From assembly GCA_030141605.1 (NCBI GenBank), contig JAQGDQ010001683.1, positions 1 to 29,685 of the forward strand: a stretch of DNA of 29,685 nt, written 5' to 3'. Below are positions 1 through 11,010 of the stretch, piece after piece. The first letter of the stretch is position 1; each line of letters starts with the position of its first letter. Both the position numbers and the translations under genes were made by a program. The notes under the pieces were generated by a model. The model had not been told where the DNA came from and did no database searches. It saw nothing but the letters and a program-made list of their open reading frames with translations. This DNA is from Tubiluchus corallicola. Taxonomy: Eukaryota; Animalia; Priapulida.

Positions 1-20
1 TACATTAAACGTACAGTAAA

Positions 21-330
21 CAGTAAAGCGTGAATTACTGTTTGTAGACTGCTATATATGCCACACCAAACAGACACAGTAAAGCATGAATTACTGTTTA
101 TAGACTTGCTATATATGTGGCACCAAACAGACACAGTAAAGCATGAATTACTGTTTGTAGACTTGCTATATATGCGGCACCAAACAGACACAGTAAAGCA
201 TGAATTACTGTTTGTAGGCTGCTACATATGCTGCAGCAAACAGACACAGTAAAGCATGAATTACTGTTTGTAGACTGCTATATATGCAGCACCAAACAGA
301 CACAGTAAAGCATGAATTACTGTTTGTAGA
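21..330. repeat. 56-57-bp minisatellite, about 5.5 copies (mirrored at about 2235-2543)
   Basis: Unit cagtaaagcatgaattactgtttgtagactgctatatatgcagcaccaaacagaca starts at 21, 77, 134, 191, 247 and 303. Confidence 0.95.
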
Positions 331-2234
331 ATTCTGTACGGTAAATTAAGCAAGAAGCAACTAAACAATGCTACCAAACTGACACTGAAAACACTTGCAT
401 AATTCTGAGCACCATCAGCTATTACAAACAGGTGCCAGTCTACAACAAATTACACAGTAAATAAATGGGCACCTAGATGGGTGAACTCTCGCATTAAGCA
501 ACACGAACAAAAAAGAAACATCACAATCGTGTTTGTGTTTGCAGCCTGTAAAGCTAAGGGTGTAAAAATGAATTTTACAAAGTCGTGACGTCACTAGATT
601 TATTTCAAGTCAAATTTCTTTCACAAAGCGTATCAACTAGGTAAAAGGACGAAACTACACTCTTTCCATGCTATCTGTCCAAGCTTGAACAGCCTGCTAC
701 ACTGATAAGCGTAGTTACTCGGTAACAATGAAATGTATTCAATTTCAGTGGAAATGCGGATAACTATTGTCGTCAGCTCCATAATCCGCACGGAAAACGT
801 TCACACGACATCCAGTTTCAAACTATTTTGTTGTGTGAAATTTTTATCTCTGACGTTCTTTGCTAGGACAAAACGTTTTGCCGCAAGAGCACGGGCATAA
901 ACACCTGACAGTACGTGATGATATGTCGCTTAGGAAAAAATAAGAAATTGGCAAAACCAGTTCACACGCACCATTTCAGCTTAAACGAACGCTCTTAATT
1001 TGGCCACAAAACTGTCGAAAAAAGTTTTGGTTCTCACAAATACGAAGTAGAAAGCGCAAAATGAGTAAACTTGATCGGTTCGTTTCCATTCGGAGCAGCT
1101 GTGGCTTGTAAAAATGGCTGGTCCACCTTTCCAAGTTGAAGAAAAAACTTGCAGCTGTTCACGACATAAGAAAACTGTGATATGTTAAATACTCAATGTT
1201 TTTAGCCAAAAGTCACTCATTCGGTGACCACCGAATGAGTCATTTTGGCTAAAAACAGCGAGTATTTGAAGATTTGGTGACCAATGAATGAGTGATTTTT
1301 GGACTAAAAACATCGAGTATTTGAAGATTTGGTGATCACCGAATGAGTGATTTTTGGCTAAAAACATTGAGTATTTAACATATCACAGTTTTCTTATGTC
1401 GTGAACAGCTGCAAGTTTTTTCTTCAACTTGGAAAGGTGGACCAGCCATTTTTACAAGCCACAGCTGCTCCGAATGGAAACGAACCGATCAAGTTTACTC
1501 ATTTTGCGCTTTCTACTTCGTATTTGTGAGAACCAAAACTTTTTTCAACATTTTTGTGGCCAAATTAAGAGCGTTCGTTTAAGCTGAAATGGTGCGTGTG
1601 AACTGGTTTTGCCAATTTCTTATTTCTTTCCTAAGCGACATATCATCACGTACTGTCAGGTGTTTATGCCCGTGCTCTTGCGGCAAAACGTTTTGTCCTA
1701 GCAAAGAACGTCAGAGATAAAAATTTCACACAACAAAATAGTATGAAACTGGATGTCGTGTGAACGTTTTCCGTGCGGATTATGGAGCTGACGACAATAG
1801 TTATCCGCATTTCCACTGAAATTGAATACATTTCATTGTTACCGAGTAACTACGCTTATCAGTGTAGCAGGCTGTTCAAGCTTGGACAGATAGCATGGAA
1901 AGAGTGTAGTTTCGTCCTTTTACCTAGTTGATACGCTTTGTGAAAGAAACTTGACTTGAAATAAATCTAGTGACGTCACGGCTTTGTAAAATTCATTTTT
2001 GCACCCTTAGCTTTACAGGCTGCAAACACAAACACGATTGTGATGTTTCTTTTTTGTTCGTGTTGCTTAATGCGAGAGTTCACCCATCTAGGTGCCCATT
2101 TATTTACTGTGTAATTTGTTGTAGACTGGCACCTGTTTGTAATAGCTGATGGTGCTCAGAATTATGCAAGTGTTTTCAGTGTCAGTTTGGTAGCATTGTT
2201 TAGTTGCTTCTTGCTTAATTTACCGTACAGAATT

Positions 2235-2543
2235 CTACAAACAGTAATTCATGCTTTACTGTGTCTGTTTGGTGCTGCATATATAGCAGTCTACAAACAG
2301 TAATTCATGCTTTACTGTGTCTGTTTGCTGCCGCATATATAGCAGCCTACAAACAGTAATTCATGCTTTACTGTGTCTGTTTGGTGCCGCATATATAGCA
2401 AGTCTACAAACAGTAATTCATGCTTTACTGTGTCTGTTTGGTGCCACATATATAGCAAGTCTATAAACAGTAATTCATGCTTTACTGTGTCTGTTTGGTG
2501 TGGCATATATAGCAGTCTACAAACAGTAATTCACGCTTTACTG
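2235..2543. repeat. Inverted copy of the 56-57-bp minisatellite
   Basis: Reverse complement of 21-330. Confidence 0.95.
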
Positions 2544-3200
2544 TTTACTGTACGTTTAATGTATTAATGTACGTTTCAAACAAAGTAGGTCCCAGAGTGA
2601 ATCCTTGTCAAATGCCACAAACAGCATTAGACGTGAAGTTTTTGGATTAGTCGCGATTTGCGATTGCCCATTCAATTCTGTACTTGCTGCGCCATCTCTG
2701 ATTTATTTATGAAACTACAAACGATTGCCCATTCAATTCTGTACTTGTTGCGCCATCTCTGATTTATTTATGAAACTACAAACGATTGCCCATTCAATTC
2801 TGTACTTGTTGCGCCATCTCTGATTTATTTATGAAACTACAAATATTTTTACTTAAATATTTCTTTGTATAAAACTTGTTGTCACACACTAGGTCAGTAG
2901 GTTTTTCTTATGTGACATTAAGCAACGGGTTGTCTGTAGAATAATGTTGTTATTATAGATTACTATCATCAATATTACGACACTGTCAGTTTGTGAAATG
3001 AGTAGCAACTCATGCTTGAATTGAAGTGCCTTTTCCTTGTGACAACGACAACCCACAAAACTGCCCCGTTATTTTGTGTATCTCGAGTCCGTCCATAACG
3101 TAATGTCCATCATGTGTTAGTAGTGATATTACTTTTGTTGACTTAAATTTGTCAGCAATGCCATTTGTGTTTATTGTGTTCATAAGTTGTTTTTAACATC
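2490..3200 (-). mobile_element. Highly decayed non-LTR retrotransposon (CR1/L2-like) reverse-transcriptase remnant
   Basis: Minus-strand translation of 2619-2512 gives CGI*QGFTLGPTLFETYINTLNVQ*TVKRELLFVDC, resembling CGVPQGSILGPLLFxxYINDL...LFADD with similar spacing. Near 3120-3175, NGIADKFKSTKVISL resembles GxFPDxLKxAKVIPL. Boundaries are approximate. Confidence 0.55.
2661..2843. repeat. 61-bp tandem repeat x3
   Basis: cgattgcccattcaattctgtacttg(c/t)tgcgccatctctgatttatttatgaaactacaaa at 2661, 2722 and 2783. Confidence 0.97.
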
Positions 3201-3247
3201 AGAAAGCTATTTCCTACATCAACACTGCAACTATGAACATATTACTC

Positions 3248-5185
3248 TGCTTCAGTATTGTGACTGTGAAGCATGTTTACTTGTCACTCTACAAGTGTGC
3301 TTCAGTATTGTGACTGTGAAGCATGTTTACTTGTCACTCTACAAGTGTGCTTCAGTATTGTGACTGTGAAGCATGTCTGCTTGTCACTCTACAAGTGTGC
3401 TTCAGTATTGTGACTGTGAAGCATGTTTACTTGTCACCTATCAAGTCTGCTTCAGTATTGAGACTGTGAAGCATGTCTGCTTGTCACTCTACAAGTGTGC
3501 TTCAGTATTGTGACTGTGAAGCATGTTTACTTGTCACTCTACAAGTGTGCTTCAGTATTGTGACTGTGAAGCATGTTTGCCTGTCACTCTACAAGTGTGC
3601 TTCAGTATTGTGACTGTGAAGCATGTTTGCCTGTCACTCTACAAGTGTGCTTCAGTATTGTGACTGTGAAGCATGTTTACTTGTCACCTACCAAGTCTGC
3701 ATCAGTATTGTAACTATGAAGCATGTTTACTTGTCACTCTACAAGTGTGCTTCAGTATTGTGACTGTGAAGCATGTTTACTTGTCACTCTACAAGACCAA
3801 ACACAACCACTCTACAAGTGTGCTTCAGTATTGTGACTGTGAAGCATGTCTACTTGTCACCTACAAGTGTGCTTCAGTATTGTGACTGTGAAGCATGTTT
3901 ACTTGTCACTCTACAAGTGTGCTTCAGTATTGTGACTGTGAAGCATGTCTACTTGTCACTCTACAAGTGTGCTTCAGTATTGTGACTGTGAAGCATGTCT
4001 ACTTGTCACTCTACAAGTGTGCTTCAGTATTGTGACTGTGAAGCATGTTTACTTGTCACTCTACAAGTGTGCTTCAGTATTGTGACTGTGAAGCATGTTT
4101 ACTTGTCACTCTACAAGTGTGCTTCAATATTGTGACTTAAGAAGCATGTCTACTTGTCACTCTACAAGTGTGCTTCAGTATTGTGACTGTGAAGCATGTT
4201 TACTTGTCACTCTACAAGTGTGCTTCAGTATTGTGACTGTGAAGCATGTTTACTTGTCACTCTACAAGTGTGCTTCAATATTGTGACTTAAGAAGCATGT
4301 CTACTTGTCACTCTACAAGTGTGCTTCAGTATTGTGACTGTGAAGCATGTTTACTTGTCACCTACCAAGTCTGCATCAGTATTGTGACTGTGAAGCATGT
4401 TTACTTGTCACCTACCAAGTCTGCATCAGTATTGTAACTATGAAGCATGTTTACTTGTCACTCTACAAGTGTGCTTCAGTATTGTGACTGTGAAGCATGT
4501 TTACTTGTCATTCTACAAGTGTGCTTCAGTATTGTGACTGTGAAGCATGTCTACTTGTCACTCTACAAGTGTGCTTCAGTATTGTGACTGTGAAGCATGC
4601 TTACTTGTCACTCTACAAGTGTGCTTCAGTATTGTGACTGTGAAGCATGTCTACTTGTCACCTATCAAGTCTGCATCAGTATTGTGACTGTGAAGCATGT
4701 TTACTTGTCACTCTACAAGTGTGCTTCAGTATTGTGACTGTGAAGCATGTCTACTTGTCACCTATCAAGTCTGCTTCAGTATTGTGACTGTGAAGCATGT
4801 TTACTTGTCACTCTACAAGTGTGCTTCAGTATTGTGACTGTGAAGCATGTCTACTTGTCACCTGTCAAGTCTGCATCAGTATTGTGACTGTGAAGCATGT
4901 TTACTTGTCACTCTACAAGTGTGCTTCAGTATTGTGACAGTGAAGCATGTTTACTTGTCACCTATCAAGTCTGCATCAGTATTGTGACTATGAAGCATGT
5001 TTACTTGTCACTCTACAAGTGTGCTTCAGTATTGTGACTGTGAAGCATGTTTACTTGTCACCTATCAAGTCTGCATCAGTATTGTGACTATGAAGCATGT
5101 TTACTTGTCACCTATAAAGTCTGCATCAGTATTGTAACTATGAAACACGTTCGCTTGTAACTCGAGATCAGCATTGCGACTATGA
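3248..5185. repeat. 50-bp minisatellite, about 38 copies
   Basis: Unit tgcttcagtattgtgactgtgaagcatgtttacttgtcactctacaagtg, with a recurring variant (cacctatcaagtctgcatc) and degenerate edges. Confidence 0.97.
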
Positions 5186-5332
5186 ACGTGTTCATTCGAG
5201 ATTAGAATGAAAACAATTTCTGTGCCACGTTTAATCTGCCAAAATGAGTCGTGCGTTGAACGTGTTCATTTGAGATTAGGATTAAAATAATTCTTTGTGC
5301 CATTTTTAGTTTGCCAAACCGAGTAGTGCATT
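5184..5332. repeat. Diverged tandem dimer of about 74 bp
   Basis: gaacgtgttcatt(c/t)gagattag...tgtgcca...tgccaaa..gagt.gtgc.tt occurs twice. Confidence 0.75.
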
Positions 5333-5458
5333 CCTTTAAAAAGATGATACTGGGTGTTTCTACTTATCCAACGTTTTTAAACACCTAATGTGATTATAGG
5401 TTAACAATGAGACAAAACAGTTAATTAAACCGCAACACAGATTTTGCGTTCAACTGTT

Positions 5459-5753
5459 ACATTGTGCATTAAGTTGCAAGACGTGCATTAAGTTGCAAGA
5501 CATTGTGCATTAAGTTGCGAGACATTGTGCATTAAGTTGCAAGACATTGTGCATTAAGTTGCGAGACATTGTGCATTAAGTTGCGAGACATTGTGCATTA
5601 AGTTGCAAGACATTGTGCATTAAGTTGCGAGACATTGTGCATTAAGTTGCAAGACATTGTGCATTAAGTTGCGAGACATTGTGCATTAAGTTGCAAGACA
5701 TTGTGCATTAAGTTGCGAGACATTGTGCATTAAGTTGCAAGACATTGTGCATT
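5459..5753. repeat. 22-bp minisatellite, about 13 copies
   Basis: acattgtgcattaagttgc(a/g)ag, with mostly alternating A/G variants. Confidence 0.97.
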
Positions 5754-6105
5754 GTTTTTGCTCACTTTAAATGCAGCTATGACAGTTTATTGAGAAACTT
5801 ACGTTGATGTTTACAGAATTCAGTATTTATCGCGTGATTTTACTTTTGCAGCCGGTAACCGCATTGCTTTTGACGTTCGATAGTATTATCGTAAAATCGT
5901 AATCTTTTAAGAGCGAGATTTTGAGCGTAGCTATACGAAATGTTAAACTCTTGAAGAATCTTTATAATTATTTATGTTGTGAATTTTAAATTTTATCGTA
6001 GTTGTTTATGTTATGCATTAGGTAGAATTTTCCCTGGAATTTTCCCCGGGAGGCAAGTCGGTTCAGCGAAAACCCGTTATTCACAAACTTCCAAACGATT
6101 CGTTG

Positions 6106-6376
6106 CACAACTGTTGTTATTGTAGACAGAACTGTTGATACAATTTGAATTCACAACTATTGTTATTGTAGACAGAACCTGGTGATACAATTTGAATTCA
6201 CAACTATTGTTATTGTAGACAGAACCTGGAGATACAATTTGAATTCACAACTATTGTTAGTGCAGACAGAACTGTTGATACAATTTGAATTCACAACTAT
6301 TGTTATTGTAGACAAAACCTGGAGATACAATTTGAATTCACAACTATTGTTATTGTAGACAGAACCTGGCGATACA
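6106..6376. repeat. 46-47-bp minisatellite, about 6 copies
   Basis: cacaactattgttattgtagacagaacctggagatacaatttgaatt at 6106, 6152, 6199, 6246, 6292 and 6339. Confidence 0.95.
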
Positions 6377-6913
6377 CGAAATCAACTTAGATCTCAACAA
6401 ACTTACTTAAATTCGATTCCAAGTGAATTGCTAGTTTGCCCAAAATAGAATAATGATTTTTGTAGATGTCAAATCCACTGTGGTAATCATAATGCATATC
6501 GTAGTGCCATCTATTAGCAACAAGTGGCACTAAATCAACTTAGATCTCAACAAGGTTACTTAATTTTGATTAAAAGTTAAGAAAAAAAGCTAAGATTAAA
6601 AGATTAAGAGTTAAGATTAAAAGCTAGGAAAGTTAAGACACCTTGTCGTCGGGTGAACAAAATTTTTGACCGTTTGTGCCAAGACGATGAAACTTTTGAT
6701 TTTTGTTTAACACTTCTCATCGTTGCCGTTGTCGTCGTTTTACTACAAGCCATTTTGCGGACTAGCAATTAACAGTTTTATATGTATCTTCATTGTTGTA
6801 CAAACTGTTTATTCTTGTAATGGATTATTATTATTATTATTATTATATTGTTCGCGAATAAACGACTAAGTCTACTGTTAAAATAAATGAGTTTTTGTTG
6901 AATTTTTGTACGA

Positions 6914-7299
<386 letters not shown>

Positions 7300-7355
7300 G
7301 TCACTGAGACAGAAAAACAGAAGGAAAAAAATCAGAAAATTCTGAACAAAATATT

Positions 7356-7361
7356 TTTATT
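7356..7361 (-). promoter_or_regulatory. Candidate distal polyadenylation signal of the endosulfine gene
   Basis: AATAAA on the minus strand followed by a T-rich tract (about 7345-7310). Another minus-strand AATAAA lies at 8663-8668. Motif evidence only. Confidence 0.35.
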
Positions 7362-7735
7362 ACAATAATATGCCACTTAATCACAAACATGATAACAATA
7401 AGAGACACTGGCATTCAAGTCTGATACATCAAAAGGTCAAAGGTCACAAATGCTGTCATACTGACGAGGAAGCTGTATTTTCATAAATACAAGAAGGTCA
7501 AATGTTGCGTGAAATGGTGTTCACACCGTGGACTTCAGCGTACAAAATGTAAAAATTTAAACGCAGTCAATGTAGAAAAAGTGTGTACAGTATTGAAAAA
7601 AAGTCTTATTTTTGCAACCACTAATTATTTGGTAAGATTAGTCACGCTTCCTTTTGCAGATTACTCCAGTCACCATGCCACAAAAACATAATCAGACAGA
7701 CCAATTTATAAAAAAAATGACAAATCGGGTATGTA

Positions 7736-7980
7736 CAGGGTGTTCAAAAAAAAAACAGTGGAGTGCAAATATACCGACATACACTGAAATGTACAAAAGT
7801 GACTGGTACACTTACAATTATGCAAATATAATGGTATATTTTAATTTAATTTAATTTAATAATTTAACGACAAATATAATTTAACGTTGTGATGTCAAAA
7901 TTAATGCAAACTCCATGGTAACACTTCCTAGTCATTTGACTGGCATATTTCTACTGCACTGTTTTCTGTGGGACACCCTG
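7736..7980. mobile_element. Tc1/mariner-type MITE (about 245 bp)
   Basis: TA|CAGGGTGTTC...GGACACCCTG|TA, TA TSD, imperfect TIR extending about 40 bp (aaaacagtg.agt..aaatat.cc). Confidence 0.75.
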
Positions 7981-8401
7981 TATCTTTTATTGTTGTTACA
8001 TGCTTGCATCATCAAGTAGTAAGTTACATTTGTCAAAATGGCGTACGGATACATACGGGTAAACTGTCATGTGCGATTTACTGTCATGTGAGAAAATAGT
8101 CCGACAACAAAAGCAGCGGGCGCAATTTCGATATTTGAACACATAACAAAATCATTTTAGCATAACAAACGACACTGGACCAAATTTACATTAGAAAACA
8201 TGGAGCAATATTATAACGGACGCCCTCCACGCACACCAAGTCACAAAAACGGAGCAGCGGCGGCAACAACAACAACAACAACAACAACAATAATGAAGGA
8301 TATTTTTTTATATGTACAATCACATTAAATGATGATAACTTGTTATGTACATTGGGCAAAAAACCGAAACACTAATTCGCAAAAACGTTAGTACTTAGTG
8401 C

Positions 8402-8465
8402 ATACGGGGTGTCCAAGAAAAACCGACCCCGCTGATACGGGGTGTCCAAGAAAAAGCGACCCCGC
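8402..8465. repeat. 33-bp direct repeat x2, resembling a mariner-type TIR end
   Basis: atacggggtgtccaagaaaaa(c/g)cgaccccgc occurs twice. Confidence 0.7.
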
Positions 8466-8744
8466 AGAATAACAAGTGCATTTTGCAACACGGGTGCTCG
8501 GGGGACGCGTATCGTTTCAATTGCAACGAGTGGCTCTTCAACATTGAGGAGAGGTTGGTGTCCACACAGCGCAATTGAAAAGAGGCGCTCAGCATGACAC
8601 AAATTGCTCTTCTTCAACCGACAGAATTGCACGCAGCAATATATAAGGATTATATGTACACGTTTATTATGAGGTTAGTACCTACGAACTGGTAGGTGTG
8701 ATCAACACTGTGTTTGTATATTAAATCTTGGAATTTTTGTTCCA

Positions 8745-9000
8745 GAAAAAGAGAGCGCGGGGGCGGATAGAGAAAGAATGTGACAGAGAGAGAGAGAGTG
8801 GGAAGAAAAAGAGAAGTAGGAGAAAGAGAAAGAGAAAGGGGGGGGGAAGGGAATAGAGAAAGAGAGAGGGGGAGAGAGAGAGGGGGGAAGGGGATAGAGA
8901 CAGAGAGAGAGTAGGAAGAAAAAGAGAAGTAGGAGAGAGAGAGAGGAAGAGAGAGAGAAAGAGGAGACAGAAGAGAAAGAGAGGGGGAGAAAGAAGAGTG
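8745..9000. repeat. GA-rich low-complexity tract
   Basis: Almost purine-only stretch with (GA)n runs. Confidence 0.9.
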
Positions 9001-9523
9001 TTACGTCTAACTAGAACATTACATCAACCGGCAAATTTTCTTTCTAAAAACAGCTACTTGCGTTCGAGACGGTTTGAGAATGGTACAGCGACGGAAATGA
9101 ATCCTTTTTTTGCAACTTACGACGAAACTTATTAATGTGCCAATATAACTACAAAGCTGGCCGTTGCGTGCGGCTTCGGCGGCCGTTGCGTGCGGCTACG
9201 GCGCTCGGCCGCAATAAGTCTAAATAAATATTGTTCGGATTTGAACACCCTAATCCAAAAGCGCCCGTACCCGGCCCAAAACGTGGAGCCCGTAAAGATT
9301 CCGACCATTAAAACAATTTCACAATAATCTATCGCCTTTCCTAAAGCGTTTTCCCAGCTTTAAAAATTTGCTTTATCAAAAAATGTCAAAGTTGAAATTC
9401 ACTTTTCCATGTTCGTCTAGGGGGGGATAAACAATTAATGTAACAGTCACTAATCACACAATTAATTTCATACATACAGCGCGCAGCATGCAATACTGTG
9501 CCGCGGTCCACGATGGTCCACTC

Positions 9524-9700
9524 TCACGACACCAGGTGGCTTTTGGTGTGAATGGACGACTTCCGGTTGGGGACAGTCTCGGGCGTGGGAATCGTGTCTC
9601 CGGTGGGCGTCGGTCCGAGCACGAGTTTCTGGGTCTGGAGGACCGAGCGTCCGGCCTTAGCCATGTTGTAGTCGCCAGAGTCAAAGAAGTTTGGTTTCTG
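9524..9700 (-). CDS. ENSA: Alpha-endosulfine/ARPP-19, last coding exon (QKPNFFDSGDYNMAKA...TGDTIPTPETVPNRKSSIHTKSHLVS*)
   Basis: Acceptor tttcttctttccag|CAG. Contains FDSGDYNMAKA (Greatwall/MASTL phosphorylation site, PP2A-B55 inhibitor motif), TGxxIPTP and RKSS (PKA-type site), then TGA. Spliced CDS is 402 nt = 133 aa plus stop. Confidence 0.95.
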   Translation of the reverse strand, partial: QKPNFFDSGDYNMAKAGRSVLQTQKLVLGPTPTGDTIPTPETVPNRKSSIHTKSHLVS

Positions 9701-9853
9701 CTGGAAAGAAGAAATAGCGTTCATGACATTTAAGGGCTTAATATAAATGTGTAAAAAACAATGTTTGAACAAAATTCATTATTCAAAAGTAAAGTGAATG
9801 CTTAAAGGAATGGATACAAAGCACTTAGCATGTTGCTGTTATAACTTCAATTA

Positions 9854-10095
9854 GAAAATAAGGAATATATAATCTCTAATTCACATTAAGTAGTCGGGGA
9901 AAATAAGGAATATATAATCTCTAATTCACATTAAGTAGTCGGGAAAATAAGGAATATGTAATCTCTAATTCACATTAAGTAGTCGGGAAAATAAGGAATA
10001 TGTAATCTCTAATTCACTATATAATCTCTAATTCACATTAAGTAGTCGGGAAAATAAGGAATATATAATCTCTAATTCACGTTGAGTAGTCAGGA
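9854..10095. repeat. 44-45-bp minisatellite, about 5 copies, in endosulfine intron 3
   Basis: gaaaataaggaatatataatctctaattcacattaagtagtcgg repeated. Confidence 0.93.
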
Positions 10096-10234
10096 ATTTG
10101 ATTCAAGTCAGTGGTGGAAACCTTTGAAATGGGAGCGTGAAATGATCGCGATTTTAAAGTGATTTTAGTTAGTTACATCAGGCACTTGCAGTTTTATTAA
10201 TAAATCCTTTTAACAATTTTGCGAACATTATATA

Positions 10235-10838
10235 CAGTGTTCCCTCGTGGTTCGTTTATCGCGGACTCGCTGTTTCCCCGGATTTCAAAAATATCAACGT
10301 AAAATATTTATTACGGTATTTTTGCTGTTTCGCGGATTTTTGCGGTACTCCGTCTAAAGTATTTTTGCACATGCGTAGTACGTATTCTACAGTAATGTAT
10401 AGATTTGATGAATTTTGCATAAAAAATCACAAAATGTATAAAAATATATTAAAAATATTTATTCTAACATTAAAAGAATATTATAAATCATAAAAAATTA
10501 CCATTTACAGTAAATAGTGTATTTATTTGGCGAATGAATACACACCAAAAACGAAATGTAGTACTTGTGCCCGCTTGAGATGCTACTTGTCGACGTGAGA
10601 TTGTGCACAACACACGATTGGTTGATTGATGGAAAGTTTTTTAAAAGGTACATGTACAGTGTGGGAAAAGTTATTAAGGGAATGGGAAAGGGTTAGTGTA
10701 TAAGAGTGTGGGGAGGGTTTACAAAGACTTCAAATAATGTATAACTACTAAAATGAGTATAGCGTCCCTACTTCGCGGAAATTCACTTATCGCTGGAGGG
10801 CCTGGAACGGAACATCCGCGATAAGTGAGGGAACACTG
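10235..10838. mobile_element. Tigger/pogo-like non-autonomous DNA transposon (604 bp)
   Basis: TA|CAGTGTTCCCTC...GAGGGAACACTG|TA, a 12-bp perfect TIR with TA TSD and subterminal tcgcgga/tccgcga motifs. Confidence 0.85.
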
Positions 10839-11010
10839 TAATATAGGAAAGAAATTTGCAAACAACTGTTTATAAAGCGTATTTTTTAAAATACATCACC
10901 TCTGAATCCATATTTGCATGCGCAGCAGTAAATTACACTTGAAAATTATGACGTAACTGGGAAAATTCCTGACTTTTCGTTGCACAAGGAATACCCATAG
11001 CGTGTCAATG

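Larger units (their letters stand above)
1..2563. repeat. Long inverted repeat (palindrome): arms about 1-1227 and 1336-2563, spacer about 108 bp
   Basis: Bases 1-43 are the reverse complement of 2521-2563, and pairing continues inward with roughly ten scattered differences noticed. Mirror ORFs 58..252(+) and 2312..2506(-) are near-identical. The left arm is probably truncated by the window edge. Confidence 0.97.

Noticed and set aside
58-252. Repetitive 64-aa ORF and its mirror at 2312-2506
   Set aside because: A product of the 57-bp tandem repeat in decayed LINE-like sequence, not a credible gene.
2688-2823. CTCF-like gcgccatctctga in each 61-bp unit (also tagtgccatctattag at 6502)
   Set aside because: Partial match only, lacking the conserved terminal GG, and may be chance.
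3673-4437. Cys-rich ORFs in the 50-bp array
   Set aside because: They are frame-cycling translations of a unit whose length is not a multiple of 3, with frequent stops.
7434-7446. Perfect nuclear-receptor DR1 (AGGTCAAAGGTCA)
   Set aside because: An isolated motif with no supporting context; such motifs are frequent in invertebrate repeats.
9148-9432. Possible Helentron/DINE-like fragment with a 22-bp GC-rich duplication
   Set aside because: The termini are only vaguely suggestive and boundaries cannot be supported without a repeat library.
9454-9733. Alternative-frame and antisense ORFs over the last ENSA exon
   Set aside because: Shadows of a GC-rich true exon. The N-terminal part of ORF 9524..9772 (above 9700) is intronic.
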